64,000 nucleotides of DNA from an uncultured Verrucomicrobiae bacterium. GTDB lineage: Bacteria; Verrucomicrobiota; Verrucomicrobiia; Chthoniobacterales; JAFAMB01. Positions 20,184 through 30,616 of the stretch are shown piece by piece. The notes beneath the pieces are model-generated. The model was given only the letters and a program-made list of their open reading frames with translations, was not told where the DNA came from and made no database searches. The position numbers were made by a program, and so were the translations under genes. The stretch's first letter is position 1. The number at the start of each line of letters is the position of its first letter. Location: positions 96,001 through 160,000 of the forward strand of contig CAWIPH010000001.1 of assembly GCA_963837955.1 (NCBI GenBank), in the 5' to 3' direction.

Positions 20184-21170
20184 CTACTTCACCTTGGGGA
20201 ACAAGAGCTCATGTTGACGAGGTTGGTCCATGTTCTCTTTGGTGATGAGATTCGCCCCCGTATCTACATTCGCTGGGACCGTTTCTCCCTTCGACGCGGC
20301 AAGGGCGGTTTTGACACCATCATAACCCATCCGATACGGGTCCTGTACGACTAACGCGGCGATGGTGCCATCCTTTAGGAATCCGATAAGCTTGTCGTCT
20401 GAATCGAAGCCGATGAGCTTGATTTTGTCGGCAGCCTTATTCTCGGCGATCGCCTGACCAGCACCCTGGGCCATAATAAGGTTGGACGCGAAGACACCCC
20501 GCAGATTGGGATTGGCGGTGATCAGGTCAGTCATGATGTTCAATCCGGTTGTCGCCATACCGTCGGCAACTTTGTCGGCGACGAGCTTCAAGCCTGGATA
20601 TTTGGCTGCGATTTCCTCCTTAAACCCTTTAGCACGCTGGTCCAATGAACCGACGCCAGGAATCGAAGTGATCAGCGCGACATCGCCCTCCGCCTTCCCA
20701 TATTTCGCTTTGATGGCTTCGCCAAGCCCATCAGCCGCAACGCGCCCGCCTTGTACGTTATCGGTAGTCAGGAAGGAGGTAAATGCCTTCGAATCGGCAG
20801 CGGAGTCGATTCCAATGACTTTCACTTTTTTGGCAGCTTCATCGATCGGTTTGCCCAACGCGGCGAATTGAGTTGGCGCTATGACTATCGCTGCAGGGGT
20901 ACCGGAGACAGCGTTCTCGAGGATCGAGATCTGTCCGTTGATGTCGGATTCCGACTGAGCACCGAGCTCCGGCACGTTAACACTAAGGTCCTGTCCAGCC
21001 TTGCGCGCTCCAGCGAGCACGATCTGCCAGAAGGCGGACGTGGTATCTTTGACGATGATCGGAATGGTAGGTTTCTCCGCGGCCGGGACTGTCTGGACCG
21101 TACCGGCAACAAAGGCTGCTCCAAGCAAACCGAGAATGATGCGGTTCGGGAACGAACTAAAGAGTTTCAT
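20184..21170 (-). CDS. Sugar/polyol ABC transporter substrate-binding protein
   Basis: Signal peptide; FWQIVLAGA, IGFD, VVQDPYRMGY. Confidence 0.9.
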   Translation of the reverse strand: MKLFSSFPNRIILGLLGAAFVAGTVQTVPAAEKPTIPIIVKDTTSAFWQIVLAGARKAGQDLSVNVPELGAQSESDINGQISILENAVSGTPAAIVIAPTQFAALGKPIDEAAKKVKVIGIDSAADSKAFTSFLTTDNVQGGRVAADGLGEAIKAKYGKAEGDVALITSIPGVGSLDQRAKGFKEEIAAKYPGLKLVADKVADGMATTGLNIMTDLITANPNLRGVFASNLIMAQGAGQAIAENKAADKIKLIGFDSDDKLIGFLKDGTIAALVVQDPYRMGYDGVKTALAASKGETVPANVDTGANLITKENMDQPRQHELLFPKVK

Positions 21171-21454
21171 GGGGGGGTGATTTCGCTATTAACACGCCGC
21201 AAATGTTTGCTTCATCCGGCCAGGGCGGCGCTTACCTTACCGGATTTATTTATATATAAAATAACGGTTCCTGAGTCCGTAATGAATTCCGTCTTATGTT
21301 GCAAGCCTTCTTTGCGTCTCGGTAGCACCCGGCTTGCTGTTGGCTAGGGGAAGCATCCTTGGAGTCAAAAGACCCCTGCGTCGGCAAGCAAACTATCGTC
21401 TCATAAGCAGCATTCACAACTCGACGGGCTGCGTGGCCTGAACGACGCTTCCAT

Positions 21455-22000
21455 GTGTGCGATAAAAGCAGCTTACCGGCAAAGTCACGATCCCTCATCC
21501 GCGCCTTTGTCGATCAAGGAGAAGAGCTGGTCTATGTCATCGTAGCTGTTTTGCTCCTCATCGCATCGGCGGTGACCTGCGGCTACGCGGCGTTCAGCGC
21601 GGTGCAACAGTTTCGGAGCGGAAACGCTCTGGAAGGGATTTTTTCTCTGGTCAACGATCTATTGTTGGTTCTGATCATCATGGAGGTGCTCCGGACCGTG
21701 GCGCGGTTCATCCGCAAGCGAGAACTCAATGTCGACGTGGAGGACGTGGTTCCTTTTCTTGTTATCGGTGCTATCTCGGCGGCGCGACGGATTTTGGCTA
21801 TCGGAGCTAGTTTGTCATTGAATGAAGCCAAACACAGCGAGCAGGGCAGCAACGTCGACCTCACCGCGGGCTGGGATCGATTCAGCCAAGCAATGATCGA
21901 GCTAGGCGTTAACGCCGGGCTCATCCTGGTTATCGCAGTGGCTGTCTTGATTATCCACCGCTATACCCTCGGGAGACAGGGGATCGGTGAGAGCCGCTAG
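21455..22000 (+). CDS. Phosphate-starvation-inducible PsiE-like membrane protein
   Basis: DLLLVLIIMEVLRTV, PFLVIGAISAARRIL; four TM segments; start uncertain. Confidence 0.7.
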   Translation: MCDKSSLPAKSRSLIRAFVDQGEELVYVIVAVLLLIASAVTCGYAAFSAVQQFRSGNALEGIFSLVNDLLLVLIIMEVLRTVARFIRKRELNVDVEDVVPFLVIGAISAARRILAIGASLSLNEAKHSEQGSNVDLTAGWDRFSQAMIELGVNAGLILVIAVAVLIIHRYTLGRQGIGESR

Positions 22001-22086
22001 CAGACGAAATTGATGCTCACCTCGGTCATCCGTACCGGCTTCGGCAATCGCCATGACGTTGCCCGATACTTTCGACCCAGAAAATC

Positions 22087-22533
22087 TTACAACAGGGCGG
22101 AAAAGCGAAGAAGCCGATCTAACGCCAGTTCATAATCGCGACGCCAGCGCACATAGCGGATCGTATCTGCCGCGATCGCCAAAACCCAGATTCCAATCCA
22201 GAGACCGGCAAAGAAAAAACCGAACACCGGGATAAGCAGCGCGATCGTGGTACACGCGACCATGATCACATAACTAAGAGCCCCGGAGCCTAAGATCAAT
22301 CTCGGGCGCCGGCTCCAAAGCCAAGCCGCACGTTTCAATTCAGGCTTCGCTGCCGACTCAGGCTTAAACTGGCGAAGCGTCAAGACTTCTGACGGTGTCG
22401 AATCAGGATAGCGCCAGCGAGACGGATATTGAAAATCACGCCACCAAACAACGAGCCGTGGATCAGCGCCTTGCATGAGGTCCCCTGCTTTCAGGAACCT
22501 TAGGAGTGTCGCATTTTGCTGGCTAGAACTCAA
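22087..22533 (-). CDS. Hypothetical membrane protein
   Basis: Two hydrophobic helices near C-terminus; TTG start; no family recognised. Confidence 0.45.
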   Translation of the reverse strand: MSSSQQNATLLRFLKAGDLMQGADPRLVVWWRDFQYPSRWRYPDSTPSEVLTLRQFKPESAAKPELKRAAWLWSRRPRLILGSGALSYVIMVACTTIALLIPVFGFFFAGLWIGIWVLAIAADTIRYVRWRRDYELALDRLLRFSALL

Positions 22534-22544
22534 GCAACAGAAAT

Positions 22545-22570
22545 GCGTGGCCCGCGATCGCGAGCCACGC
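22545..22570 (-). terminator. Probable intrinsic terminator after porin gene
   Basis: gcgtggctcgc-gatc-gcgggccacgc followed by atttct on minus strand. Confidence 0.5.
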
Positions 22571-22626
22571 TCAAATCCTGTTACTAATGGCGAAACAAGC
22601 GCGCTTCGCCTCAGTCTGAGAAACTT

Positions 22627-23895
22627 TTAGAATTGCAAGACCACGTCGACTCCGATTGTCCACTGATCGCGATCGGTGAGTTGGTCGAATGGGTGGGTAT
22701 GATCCGTTATTGCCCGATCGTAACGAACCTCGGGTCGGATCAAGAGGCCGGCGATCGGCTTCGGCATCGGTGGTTTGATGGTGATACCTCCAGTGACTTC
22801 GAGGTAAGTGGTGGGTCCCCCACCGAGATTACTCGGATCAGGAGCGATAGGATCGCCCCGTAGGGTGTGCATGAAGTCATTGTTGGCGCGGAACTGGGCG
22901 ACGAAGAATCCTTTTTCGTCGCGCCAAATCTCTCCGCGGACTCCCAGTTGTAACCAATCATTGACCGCATAGGTGAAATATTGCGCCACCCCACCACCCC
23001 AGGCCGGAAGCAATTCATCATAAATGAGGTTCATGTCGGTAATCGACGTAAGACACTTATTAATCTTCCAGGTCGTGGTGATGTCATTCTCAAATCGGTA
23101 ATCGTGATTATCGTGAGGGTTTTCAGGCCCAATGTGCGTGAGAGCCAACACGGTTAAGTTCCCATCCATCAGGTTCAGACCAAACCCAGCCTCTAGAGCG
23201 ATCGATGTGTTGTTATCGCCGACCATGTTTGTACCTCGATCGAGCCCGAAATAGAGATCGATCAGCGGAGTCGCGTGCCAAATCGCCAGACCACCAAGGT
23301 GGGATAGTGGGATCCCGAAATTGAAAATGTAACTTTTCGAGTAGAAAACGTTGGTTCGAGGGTCGGTGGTTTCCGCCGATGAGAGGTCCTGGTACTTGCC
23401 CAGTTTCACATCGAGGCCACCGGCGCTGAGAATCGGCAAATGGAAACTAGCGCTCACTTCAGGAAAATCCGCCTGGATTCTGTCGTTAGTCGACAGGTCC
23501 AAAGGTCCTTCCGCCTTGGTATAGCGAGCATCACTTCCTTCCATGGCCCAAATCTTAAAACCCCAGTCAAAGCCGGTTGCTTTGGGGTCCAAGGCGCGCT
23601 CCGCAACGATGGAAACCTGATTCAACAACGGTTCATTCGCACGGTCGGTAAGCAGATGACCAAAGTTATGGTTATCGGTGGGCGAATCCGGATTCCCGGT
23701 GATACCCGCCTCGATCCAGCCGTAGAGCTTGAATCGGGGCTCCGGGGGCTTGGTTTCGACAACTTTCTTGGCTTCCTTGCCATCAGGGGTCGGCGATGCG
23801 GTTACATCAGCGCCAAAGGATGGCAGACAATAATTCAAAGCGCAGACCGTGAGCCCATAAACCGCCGTGGTCACGAGTCGATTTGCGACTCTCAT
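22627..23895 (-). CDS. Outer-membrane beta-barrel porin (BBP2/DUF1597-like)
   Basis: Signal peptide, NQV, FYSKSYIFNFG.P, RPEVRYD, terminal Phe. Confidence 0.8.
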   Translation of the reverse strand: MRVANRLVTTAVYGLTVCALNYCLPSFGADVTASPTPDGKEAKKVVETKPPEPRFKLYGWIEAGITGNPDSPTDNHNFGHLLTDRANEPLLNQVSIVAERALDPKATGFDWGFKIWAMEGSDARYTKAEGPLDLSTNDRIQADFPEVSASFHLPILSAGGLDVKLGKYQDLSSAETTDPRTNVFYSKSYIFNFGIPLSHLGGLAIWHATPLIDLYFGLDRGTNMVGDNNTSIALEAGFGLNLMDGNLTVLALTHIGPENPHDNHDYRFENDITTTWKINKCLTSITDMNLIYDELLPAWGGGVAQYFTYAVNDWLQLGVRGEIWRDEKGFFVAQFRANNDFMHTLRGDPIAPDPSNLGGGPTTYLEVTGGITIKPPMPKPIAGLLIRPEVRYDRAITDHTHPFDQLTDRDQWTIGVDVVLQF

Positions 23896-23994
23896 TGAGA
23901 TAATTTCCTTCTAAATGTTGCGCCGGCTAGACGGGGTCTAAACCGGTTTTGGTTAAGTAGGGCACAACCAGTCAGCGCGCCCCGGGGGAAAAAC

Positions 23995-24010
23995 AGCAGG
24001 ATACTTGCCA
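23995..24010 (-). promoter_or_regulatory. Sigma-54 -24/-12 promoter for porin
   Basis: TGGCAAGTATCCTGCT (GG-N10-GC). Confidence 0.6.
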
Positions 24011-24283
24011 TTCAGTTCTAAAATGCAGAGTAAAGTGAACTAACCGATCTACGTGACCAACTGCCGGCGCTCTTCCTCGAGGTGATTCTGATTGCCGAAC
24101 ACTCGGGCTCGCATCTTCAAATGAACCTGGCTTCGAATTGGTCGAAGGGCGTTTCACTTCCATTGCGCGAGGCTACCTGATCTAGGCGATCGCAGTCTGC
24201 GAGGTTCGGGCACCGCCACGCCTAAACTAGGCGTGGCAGCACATTTCCTCAAAGGCATTGAATGCCGCTGCTGCATCAAAAGG

Positions 24284-26128
24284 TTATGCTTTGGCTACAG
24301 CCTCGACCAAGACCGACTTAGACTTCTTCTTGCTAGCACCAAGGAAATAGATCCCACCATAGATGCCCCACAATGCAGCGATGCCGAGCGCAATATAGGG
24401 CTCTTTGAAACTCATGCCGGCAACGGAGAACGGTCCAACCAAGTAGAACAGCATGCAAAGCAAATTGGCCAGCAAACCGAAGACCGGCACAACCACATGC
24501 TTGAACCCGTGGAAGGTATGATGCTCGCGGAACGCGACGATCGCAACGATGCAAGTCATCATGTAGAGCAGGAAGGTGCCGAAATTGCTGGTCAGCGTGA
24601 TAATAAGCAGGCTCTGCGGAAGGGCCGCTCCGGTATCGTGCGGCCAGATGCCGAAGCTATACCAGATGTTCTGCGGGAGACCCTTGATGGCGTCGGCTGT
24701 CAGCGCTGCACCGCCGCAGAAGTAAAACAATACGCCAAAGATACCGATTACCACCGAGATGACGGCAAGCGTCCAAATCGCCCGGTGTGGGGTCAGGTTT
24801 TTGGTGTGGAGCGCGCCTAAGTTACCGGCCAGCTCGTCATCGCGGCCCATCGCGTAAGTGACGCGAGCTCCGGTGTTGATGCAGGCCAGTGTTGTCCCGA
24901 TCAACGCCAGAAACACGGTGATGGCTTGGATAAACATGAACCACCATCCAGCTTGAGGACTGCCGAAGACCCACGTGCCGACAATTTGCATCATATCCCC
25001 GATCGGTGCCGGCGAGGCGGACGCCGTTACCGCCGTGTAGCCACTGTTGAGGAAGTAGTTCGCTCCAAAATACTCGAAGAGGTAGCAGAATGCCCCCTGG
25101 ATCACGAGCGACAGGAGCACAGCCCGTGGAATGTCCCGTTTGGCGTTTTTCGCCTCTTCACCCATCGACGTCACCGATTCGAATCCGACCAGAATCAGGA
25201 TCGCGATACACGCCTGGACAAGTACGAAGCTGAATCCGTGCGGTGCGATGACCGAAGCCGCATTTGGATGGAACTCGAACGTGTCAGTCGGATTCTTCGG
25301 GTCGGCCCCCTTGTCGGTCGCGCTTTCCGGCGCGTAGGTCAGCGTGAAATCTTTGTCGGTTCCGTCAGCATTCTTTTCGAAGACGTAGTTTCCGTCCTTG
25401 TCTTTGACAGGATTGGTGGTTTCAACTCCCTTATCATCTTTGGTTGTCGCTGTGGCGATGACCTTCGTCACAGGCGCCCCGTCGGGATTTAGTGTGATGC
25501 CCTTCGACCCCTCGACGTGGTTGACCCGATAGGCTATGGCGATCACGGTGAACACGATCAATGCCGAGATTTGGATTACATTGATGGCAAGGTTTACTCC
25601 AGTTGAGGCATTGACGCCGGAGTACGCGATCCACGCGACAAAAAACGGGAAGACGATGCAAAACAGAACCATCAACAAGGGACTAGGCACCGCCGAGCTG
25701 AAGACTGCTGGCAACAGCTGTCCGGCCAGATATCCGACCAGGATAGCGGTGACGGCCACCATCACACCGGGATAAACCCAGTAATAGAGGTGGCTGGCCC
25801 AACCAACGACGAACTTCGCGATGCGGGCGAATTTGAAGGCTTTCGATTTGGATAAGAAAGCTTGTTCGGCAAAGAAGTAGGACGAACCCGCGCCTGGATA
25901 CAGTTTAGACAATTCGGCATAAGACATGGCTGTGGCGAGACAGAGCAACAGCGCGAGTACAATGCCGAACCACATCCCAATTGCGGCCAAGGGTTGGCCG
26001 TAGAGACATTGTTGAGCGAAGGTCAACCAAAGGAATGCTCCGGGCGCAATGAGCGCCATGGCATTTACGGTCAGACCGGTTAAGCCAAGCGTTGGCTTGG
26101 TCGTAGTGGTAGTAGGGTTTTCTGGCAT
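24284..26128 (-). CDS. APC family amino acid/amine permease
   Basis: MSYAELSKLYPGAGSSY, LVGFES, MGEEAKNAKRDIPRA, ARVTYAMGRD. Confidence 0.9.
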   Translation of the reverse strand: MPENPTTTTTKPTLGLTGLTVNAMALIAPGAFLWLTFAQQCLYGQPLAAIGMWFGIVLALLLCLATAMSYAELSKLYPGAGSSYFFAEQAFLSKSKAFKFARIAKFVVGWASHLYYWVYPGVMVAVTAILVGYLAGQLLPAVFSSAVPSPLLMVLFCIVFPFFVAWIAYSGVNASTGVNLAINVIQISALIVFTVIAIAYRVNHVEGSKGITLNPDGAPVTKVIATATTKDDKGVETTNPVKDKDGNYVFEKNADGTDKDFTLTYAPESATDKGADPKNPTDTFEFHPNAASVIAPHGFSFVLVQACIAILILVGFESVTSMGEEAKNAKRDIPRAVLLSLVIQGAFCYLFEYFGANYFLNSGYTAVTASASPAPIGDMMQIVGTWVFGSPQAGWWFMFIQAITVFLALIGTTLACINTGARVTYAMGRDDELAGNLGALHTKNLTPHRAIWTLAVISVVIGIFGVLFYFCGGAALTADAIKGLPQNIWYSFGIWPHDTGAALPQSLLIITLTSNFGTFLLYMMTCIVAIVAFREHHTFHGFKHVVVPVFGLLANLLCMLFYLVGPFSVAGMSFKEPYIALGIAALWGIYGGIYFLGASKKKSKSVLVEAVAKA

Positions 26129-26167
26129 ACTGCGGGGTATTCACGTAGGAAATCGCGGTCGAGGTTA

Positions 26168-26183
26168 AGCATCACCCATGCCA
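26168..26183 (-). promoter_or_regulatory. Sigma-54 -24/-12 promoter for APC permease
   Basis: TGGCATGGGTGATGCT, about 40 nt upstream of ATG. Confidence 0.65.
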
Positions 26184-26641
26184 TCGGTCCGAGGATTTCG
26201 ATCCGAAGGTGTATTCTATTTAGTTCGGCTGGTCTGTAACTTCGAAAAGGCTGAGTAAACTCCTCTGCAGCCGCGGTTTCGGTTAAAGATTATTAGCCGA
26301 GATACCCCCCAGCCTGATTATCTAAAGCTGGTTCTCTCCGTTAGAAAATCCTGCTCGTTAAATATTTCCAATGAGGACGCGCTACCCACTCGAAATCAAC
26401 GACCTCGATCGAATCATCGCCATTCGCATTTGACCAAAAACCGCCAACTGTGGAAAAAACTACACACTTCAAGTTGATAACGGTGTGTTTTTTGCGCGCC
26501 GCCCCACCTTCTGCGGTTGATCATCTTTCTCAGTTTCGTTCTGAATCGACAAGGCCCTCGACGTGCCTCTGCCTGCATTCTATGTAGACCCGGCTCAGCA
26601 GCGTCTTTCGCTCCTACCGAAGCGCTCTGATCCACAGCTTT

Positions 26642-27604
26642 ATGGTTAAGTCATTTAAAGAATTAGACGAAAAAGAACTTCTCGCGCTCGCCATCTCCTC
26701 GGAAGAAGAGGACAGCAAAATCTACGGGACATTCGCAGAAAGAGTGCGAACCGAATTTCCGGTCACCGCCCAATTGCTGGATTCGATGCGCGAACAGGAA
26801 TCAGATCATCGGCGCCGGTTAATTGATCTGTTCCAGTCTCGGTTCGGGAACGCAATTCCCCTGATTCGCCGCCAAGACGTGAGAGGGTTCATTCGCCGGC
26901 GACCGATTTGGTTGAATCGGACTCTCACGATCCCGCAGATTCGGCGCGAGGTACAAACAAAGGAGTCGGAGACCATCCGGTTTTACGAGCGCGCTATGGA
27001 ACGGACCTCAAATCCGGAGGTCCGCAAATTACTGGGCGATTTGGCCGAGGCTGAACGGGAACACGGAGATTTTGCCGACGAGTTCGTGAAAGAGAAGTCC
27101 GAGCAGGGCGAGTTCGCCAAGGAAGACGAATCGCAAAGAAGGCTTTTTGTCTTGCAGGTTGTGCAGCCTGGTCTCGCCGGGTTGATGGATGGCTCTGTCT
27201 CAACTCTCGCGCCGGTATTCGCTGCCGCGTTCGCGACGCGTAACAGTTGGGACGCTTTTCTGGTAGGAATTGCAGCCTCGGTCGGTGCGGGAATCAGCAT
27301 GGGGTTTGCCGAAGCGCTTTCAGACGACGGCGTCCTGAGCGGTCGGGGCCAACCGCTCCTGCGCGGGACAATTTGCGGTATAATGACCATGCTCGGCGGA
27401 ATCGGCCACACATTACCGTTCCTGATCCCGGGTTTTTCTCTCGCGATGGGGGTAGCGGTCGCGGTAGTCGCGGTCGAGTTAGTCGTTATCGCCTGGATTC
27501 GTAATCACTACATGGATACTCCGCTGCTCTCGGCGGTTTTTCAGGTGGTGCTCGGCGGTGTCCTGGTGTTTCTGGCAGGCATCGCCATCGGTTCAGCCGG
27601 ATAG
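26642..27604 (+). CDS. mbfA: Rubrerythrin-VIT1/CCC1 fusion iron exporter
   Basis: [11 protein letters not shown], ExxH motifs, [18 protein letters not shown]. Confidence 0.88.
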   Translation: MVKSFKELDEKELLALAISSEEEDSKIYGTFAERVRTEFPVTAQLLDSMREQESDHRRRLIDLFQSRFGNAIPLIRRQDVRGFIRRRPIWLNRTLTIPQIRREVQTKESETIRFYERAMERTSNPEVRKLLGDLAEAEREHGDFADEFVKEKSEQGEFAKEDESQRRLFVLQVVQPGLAGLMDGSVSTLAPVFAAAFATRNSWDAFLVGIAASVGAGISMGFAEALSDDGVLSGRGQPLLRGTICGIMTMLGGIGHTLPFLIPGFSLAMGVAVAVVAVELVVIAWIRNHYMDTPLLSAVFQVVLGGVLVFLAGIAIGSAG

Positions 27605-27947
27605 GATCCGCCGCGCCGGTAGGTTTGGCGCCATTCTTCGGGGAGGGATCGCGTCCTCGCGATCCGCGGCGCACGAGCGTCCGACGTCGCGCTCACGCAT
27701 TCTGCACCAGGCATCCAAAAAGCTATGTCGGACAGGCAGCGATTCCTCCCCGAAGATTGGCACGCTGATAACCGGAATTCCTCATGCGTTTTTTGCATGT
27801 GCTCGTCTGACGCGACCGTTTATAATGGGCGAACGCTAACTCCAGTGAGTTTGCCCCGGCCAAGTAGTCTCCGAAGAACTTCTGTACTGTCGTCCGGTCA
27901 TTCCTCCACCGCCCGGTAGACGTTCGCGAAGCGCACATTAACATCCT

Positions 27948-29186
27948 ATGTCTTCTCCCCAATCATCACGACTCACTCGCAATCAGTTGAATGCTGTCAT
28001 CGCCTGCTTCTTGGGTTGGACGCTCGACGCGTTCGACTTTTTTGTCCTCATCTTCGTTTTCCCAGATGTCGCGAAAGAATTCGGTACGAGCATTACAACC
28101 GTTACTATCGCCGTTTGGCTCACGCTGGGGATGCGGCCGGTCGGAGCCTTTCTTTTCGGATTGATGGCTGACCGATTCGGCCGGCGCCCGACTTTGATGC
28201 TTGATATCCTGTGCTACTCGGCCCTGGGATTCGCTTGCGGATTCGCACCGTCACTGACGGTTCTTTTTGTCCTTCGGGCTCTTTTCGGTATTGCGATGGG
28301 CGGAGAGTGGGGAGTGGGTTCCTCCCTGACGATGGAAAGCATTCCTCCGTCCACGCGCGGAGTCATTTCGGGGCTTTTGCAAGCGGGCTATCCTTGCGGA
28401 TATCTTCTCGCATCGATTACCTACACTCTGCTCTTCGATCATATCGGTTGGCGCGGAATGTTTATGGTCGGTGCGATCCCTGCGCTCCTGGTGATCTTTA
28501 TTCGGATGGGGGTCGAAGAATCTCCAGCCTGGAAGGAAAGACAGCCCAACGCGGAACAGATGTTGGGAACAGTGGTTCGCCGATTCCCGCTTTTTATCTT
28601 CGTCATCCTGCTCATGACCGCGTTCAATCTCTTCAGCCACGGGACCCAGGACCTTTATCCCACGTTCCTTAAGGTGCAGCATAAGTTCGATACGCAAACG
28701 GCCGGGCTAGTCACCGCGATTATGAACGTGGGAGCCATTGTTGGAGGCCTGACATTCGGCGCGTTTTCACAGCGCATTGGCCGGCGCAAAGCGATCGTGA
28801 TCGCAGCCCTTCTAGCCATTCCGGCAATTCCCCTTTGGGCATTCGCGCAGGGTCCCTACCTGCTGGCGCTGGGGGCGTTTATTATGCAATTTTTCGTTCA
28901 GGGAGCCTGGGGAGTGATTCCGGCCCACCTCAACGAATTGTCACCTCATGACGTGCGCGGCACCTTCCCTGGATTTACCTATCAACTTGGCAATCTATTT
29001 GCCGCCTGCATCATCACAGTTCAATCGATGTTGGCAGATAAATTTGACAAAAACTACGGCTTGGCCTTGGCGATTGTGGCCTGCATCGTGGCAGTCGCCG
29101 TCGCGGTGCTCGCCGGTTTGGGACCCCACGCCCATGGCGTCCGATTCACCAAGGAGGGGTCGCCGTCCGAACCCCAAGCGGTCTGA
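27948..29186 (+). CDS. MFS transporter, SHS (NanT/Jen1-like) carboxylate family
   Basis: GWTLDAFDF, ADRFGRR, GGEWG, SHGTQDLYPT. Confidence 0.88.
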   Translation: MSSPQSSRLTRNQLNAVIACFLGWTLDAFDFFVLIFVFPDVAKEFGTSITTVTIAVWLTLGMRPVGAFLFGLMADRFGRRPTLMLDILCYSALGFACGFAPSLTVLFVLRALFGIAMGGEWGVGSSLTMESIPPSTRGVISGLLQAGYPCGYLLASITYTLLFDHIGWRGMFMVGAIPALLVIFIRMGVEESPAWKERQPNAEQMLGTVVRRFPLFIFVILLMTAFNLFSHGTQDLYPTFLKVQHKFDTQTAGLVTAIMNVGAIVGGLTFGAFSQRIGRRKAIVIAALLAIPAIPLWAFAQGPYLLALGAFIMQFFVQGAWGVIPAHLNELSPHDVRGTFPGFTYQLGNLFAACIITVQSMLADKFDKNYGLALAIVACIVAVAVAVLAGLGPHAHGVRFTKEGSPSEPQAV

Positions 29187-29201
29187 ATGAGGGCCAGTAT
29201 A

Positions 29202-29337
29202 TAGAATTTAGAAGTGGAAATGGCGAGGCACACTCATTGGAGCGCTGCTGTTCCGGTCCGAACGTTCCAGGCGAACTTTGATCCCCCTTTGCAGAATCGT
29301 TACCGGTGCGAAATTCTAAATTCTAGATTCTAAATTC
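29202..29337. repeat. Inverted pair of 7-mer arrays between convergent genes
   Basis: tagaatttagaagtggaaa ... aaattctaaattctagattctaaattc. Confidence 0.65.
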
Positions 29338-29356
29338 AGGCTTCCGCCTTCCGGCT

Positions 29357-29806
29357 TCAAAGATCGACTCCGAAGCCGACTTCGGCGACAAACTCATAGA
29401 AATCTTCGTAATCGGTGTAACTGAGATCACCGCCTGCCCCCTGTTCGGCAGCCCAAACGTCTTTCGAACAGACTCCGTTCTCGACTAAGAAGGCGTAAAA
29501 ATTCCCATCGCTGTCCTCGGCAAATGGATATCCGGTTTCGCGATTAAATTCTTCTTTTCCATCCCACATCGAGAATTGACTATCGGGATCCGGGGATAAA
29601 ATCGTCACGGTCCCAATTTCTCCGGCCCCAAATTTCTTCAAGAAATAACTATATTCTTCCGGGAACTTAAACCCTGCCTTTTGCTCAAACTTGGCGAGCT
29701 TCTCTTCTGGCAGGGGATCTTCCCTGACCAGAAATTCGGAGCTGAGCTGATCCGGGTCCTCTTCTCGGATTTCTTTGATGAGATTATCAAAATCTTCCTG
29801 GGTCAT
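29357..29806 (-). CDS. SMI1/KNR4 (SUKH) family protein
   Basis: EEKLAKFEQKAGFKFPEEYSYFLKKFG, PFAEDSDGNFYAF, DFYEFV; start reassigned to MTQED. Confidence 0.8.
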   Translation of the reverse strand: MTQEDFDNLIKEIREEDPDQLSSEFLVREDPLPEEKLAKFEQKAGFKFPEEYSYFLKKFGAGEIGTVTILSPDPDSQFSMWDGKEEFNRETGYPFAEDSDGNFYAFLVENGVCSKDVWAAEQGAGGDLSYTDYEDFYEFVAEVGFGVDL

Positions 29807-29867
29807 ATCGGTCGATGGCACCAATGGCATCTTTCCTTTTAACGGCAAGTGGCAATCACAAGTCTGC

Positions 29868-29883
29868 TGGCACAGAGCTGGCT
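29868..29883 (+). promoter_or_regulatory. Sigma-54 -24/-12 promoter for cynS
   Basis: TGGCACAGAGCTGGCT, about 25 nt upstream of ATG. Confidence 0.6.
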
Positions 29884-29907
29884 GGAACCGGTGAGAAACC
29901 CGCCACC

Positions 29908-30339
29908 ATGTACAAAACCCAAATTCTCGAAGCAAAGAAACGGAAAGGCCTTTCCTGGGAAAAAATCGCTGCTCAGGTCGATCGCTCACCGGTTTTTGTT
30001 ACTTCTGCTTGCTTGGGACAAAACAGTCTCAGCCCGGAGGAAGCTACCAAGCTTTGCGCCCTATTGGATCTCGGATCGGATGTCAGCGAGGCACTGCAGA
30101 CGCCACCGATGAAGGCCGCAGACTCGCTTGATATACCTAAGGATCCGCTGATTTACCGATTTCACGAGATCACTTTGGTCTATGGAGAAACGATTAAGGA
30201 ACTGATCCATGAGAAGTTTGGGGATGGCATTATGAGCGCGATCGATTTCACGATGGAGATCGGCAAAGTTGAGGATCCGAAAGGGGATCGGGTCCAGATC
30301 ACCATGTGCGGCAAATTTCTTCCCTACAAGCGGTGGTGA
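29908..30339 (+). CDS. cynS: Cyanase
   Basis: PKDPLIYRFHE, EKFGDGIMSAIDF, GKFLPY. Confidence 0.95.
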   Translation: MYKTQILEAKKRKGLSWEKIAAQVDRSPVFVTSACLGQNSLSPEEATKLCALLDLGSDVSEALQTPPMKAADSLDIPKDPLIYRFHEITLVYGETIKELIHEKFGDGIMSAIDFTMEIGKVEDPKGDRVQITMCGKFLPYKRW

Positions 30340-30477
30340 TTATGTTTGACGGCGGAACCGGGGGCTGGTGGCTAAAACAATCCAGATCGGAAGAAAGAAT
30401 AAGGCGGAATGTTTTTTTCTTTGCACTTTGCATTGGCGCTTTTGGCGTCACTCGGGAAGCAGGGAGTTTCAGAGCCG

Positions 30478-30493
30478 TGGCACAGGAGCTGCT
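30478..30493 (+). promoter_or_regulatory. Sigma-54 -24/-12 promoter upstream of PII-glnA
   Basis: TGGCACAGGAGCTGCT. Confidence 0.7.
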
Positions 30494-30616
30494 TTAGGAT
30501 CGCCCGGCTTCATTCGGGTGGAGGTCCGAATGTGAATTCGCGCATCAGGGTTAACGATCCATGCTGATTGGGGAAAAAGGGTTGCAGCAGGGGTCAAAGG
30601 GGGGCGTGCGTCTCTA

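Noticed and set aside
17548..21170. Horizontal acquisition of the second ABC operon
   Set aside because: Codon usage looks more GC3-rich by eye, but this cannot be quantified here and no mobility signals flank it.
27759..27775. Sigma-54 promoter upstream of MFS gene (TGGCACG)
   Set aside because: Lacks GC at -12.
30497..30560. Glutamine (glnA) riboswitch-like three-way junction
   Set aside because: The P1 5' strand lies upstream of the predicted sigma-54 start, and the conserved GGAAGUA/GAAG elements are not matched.
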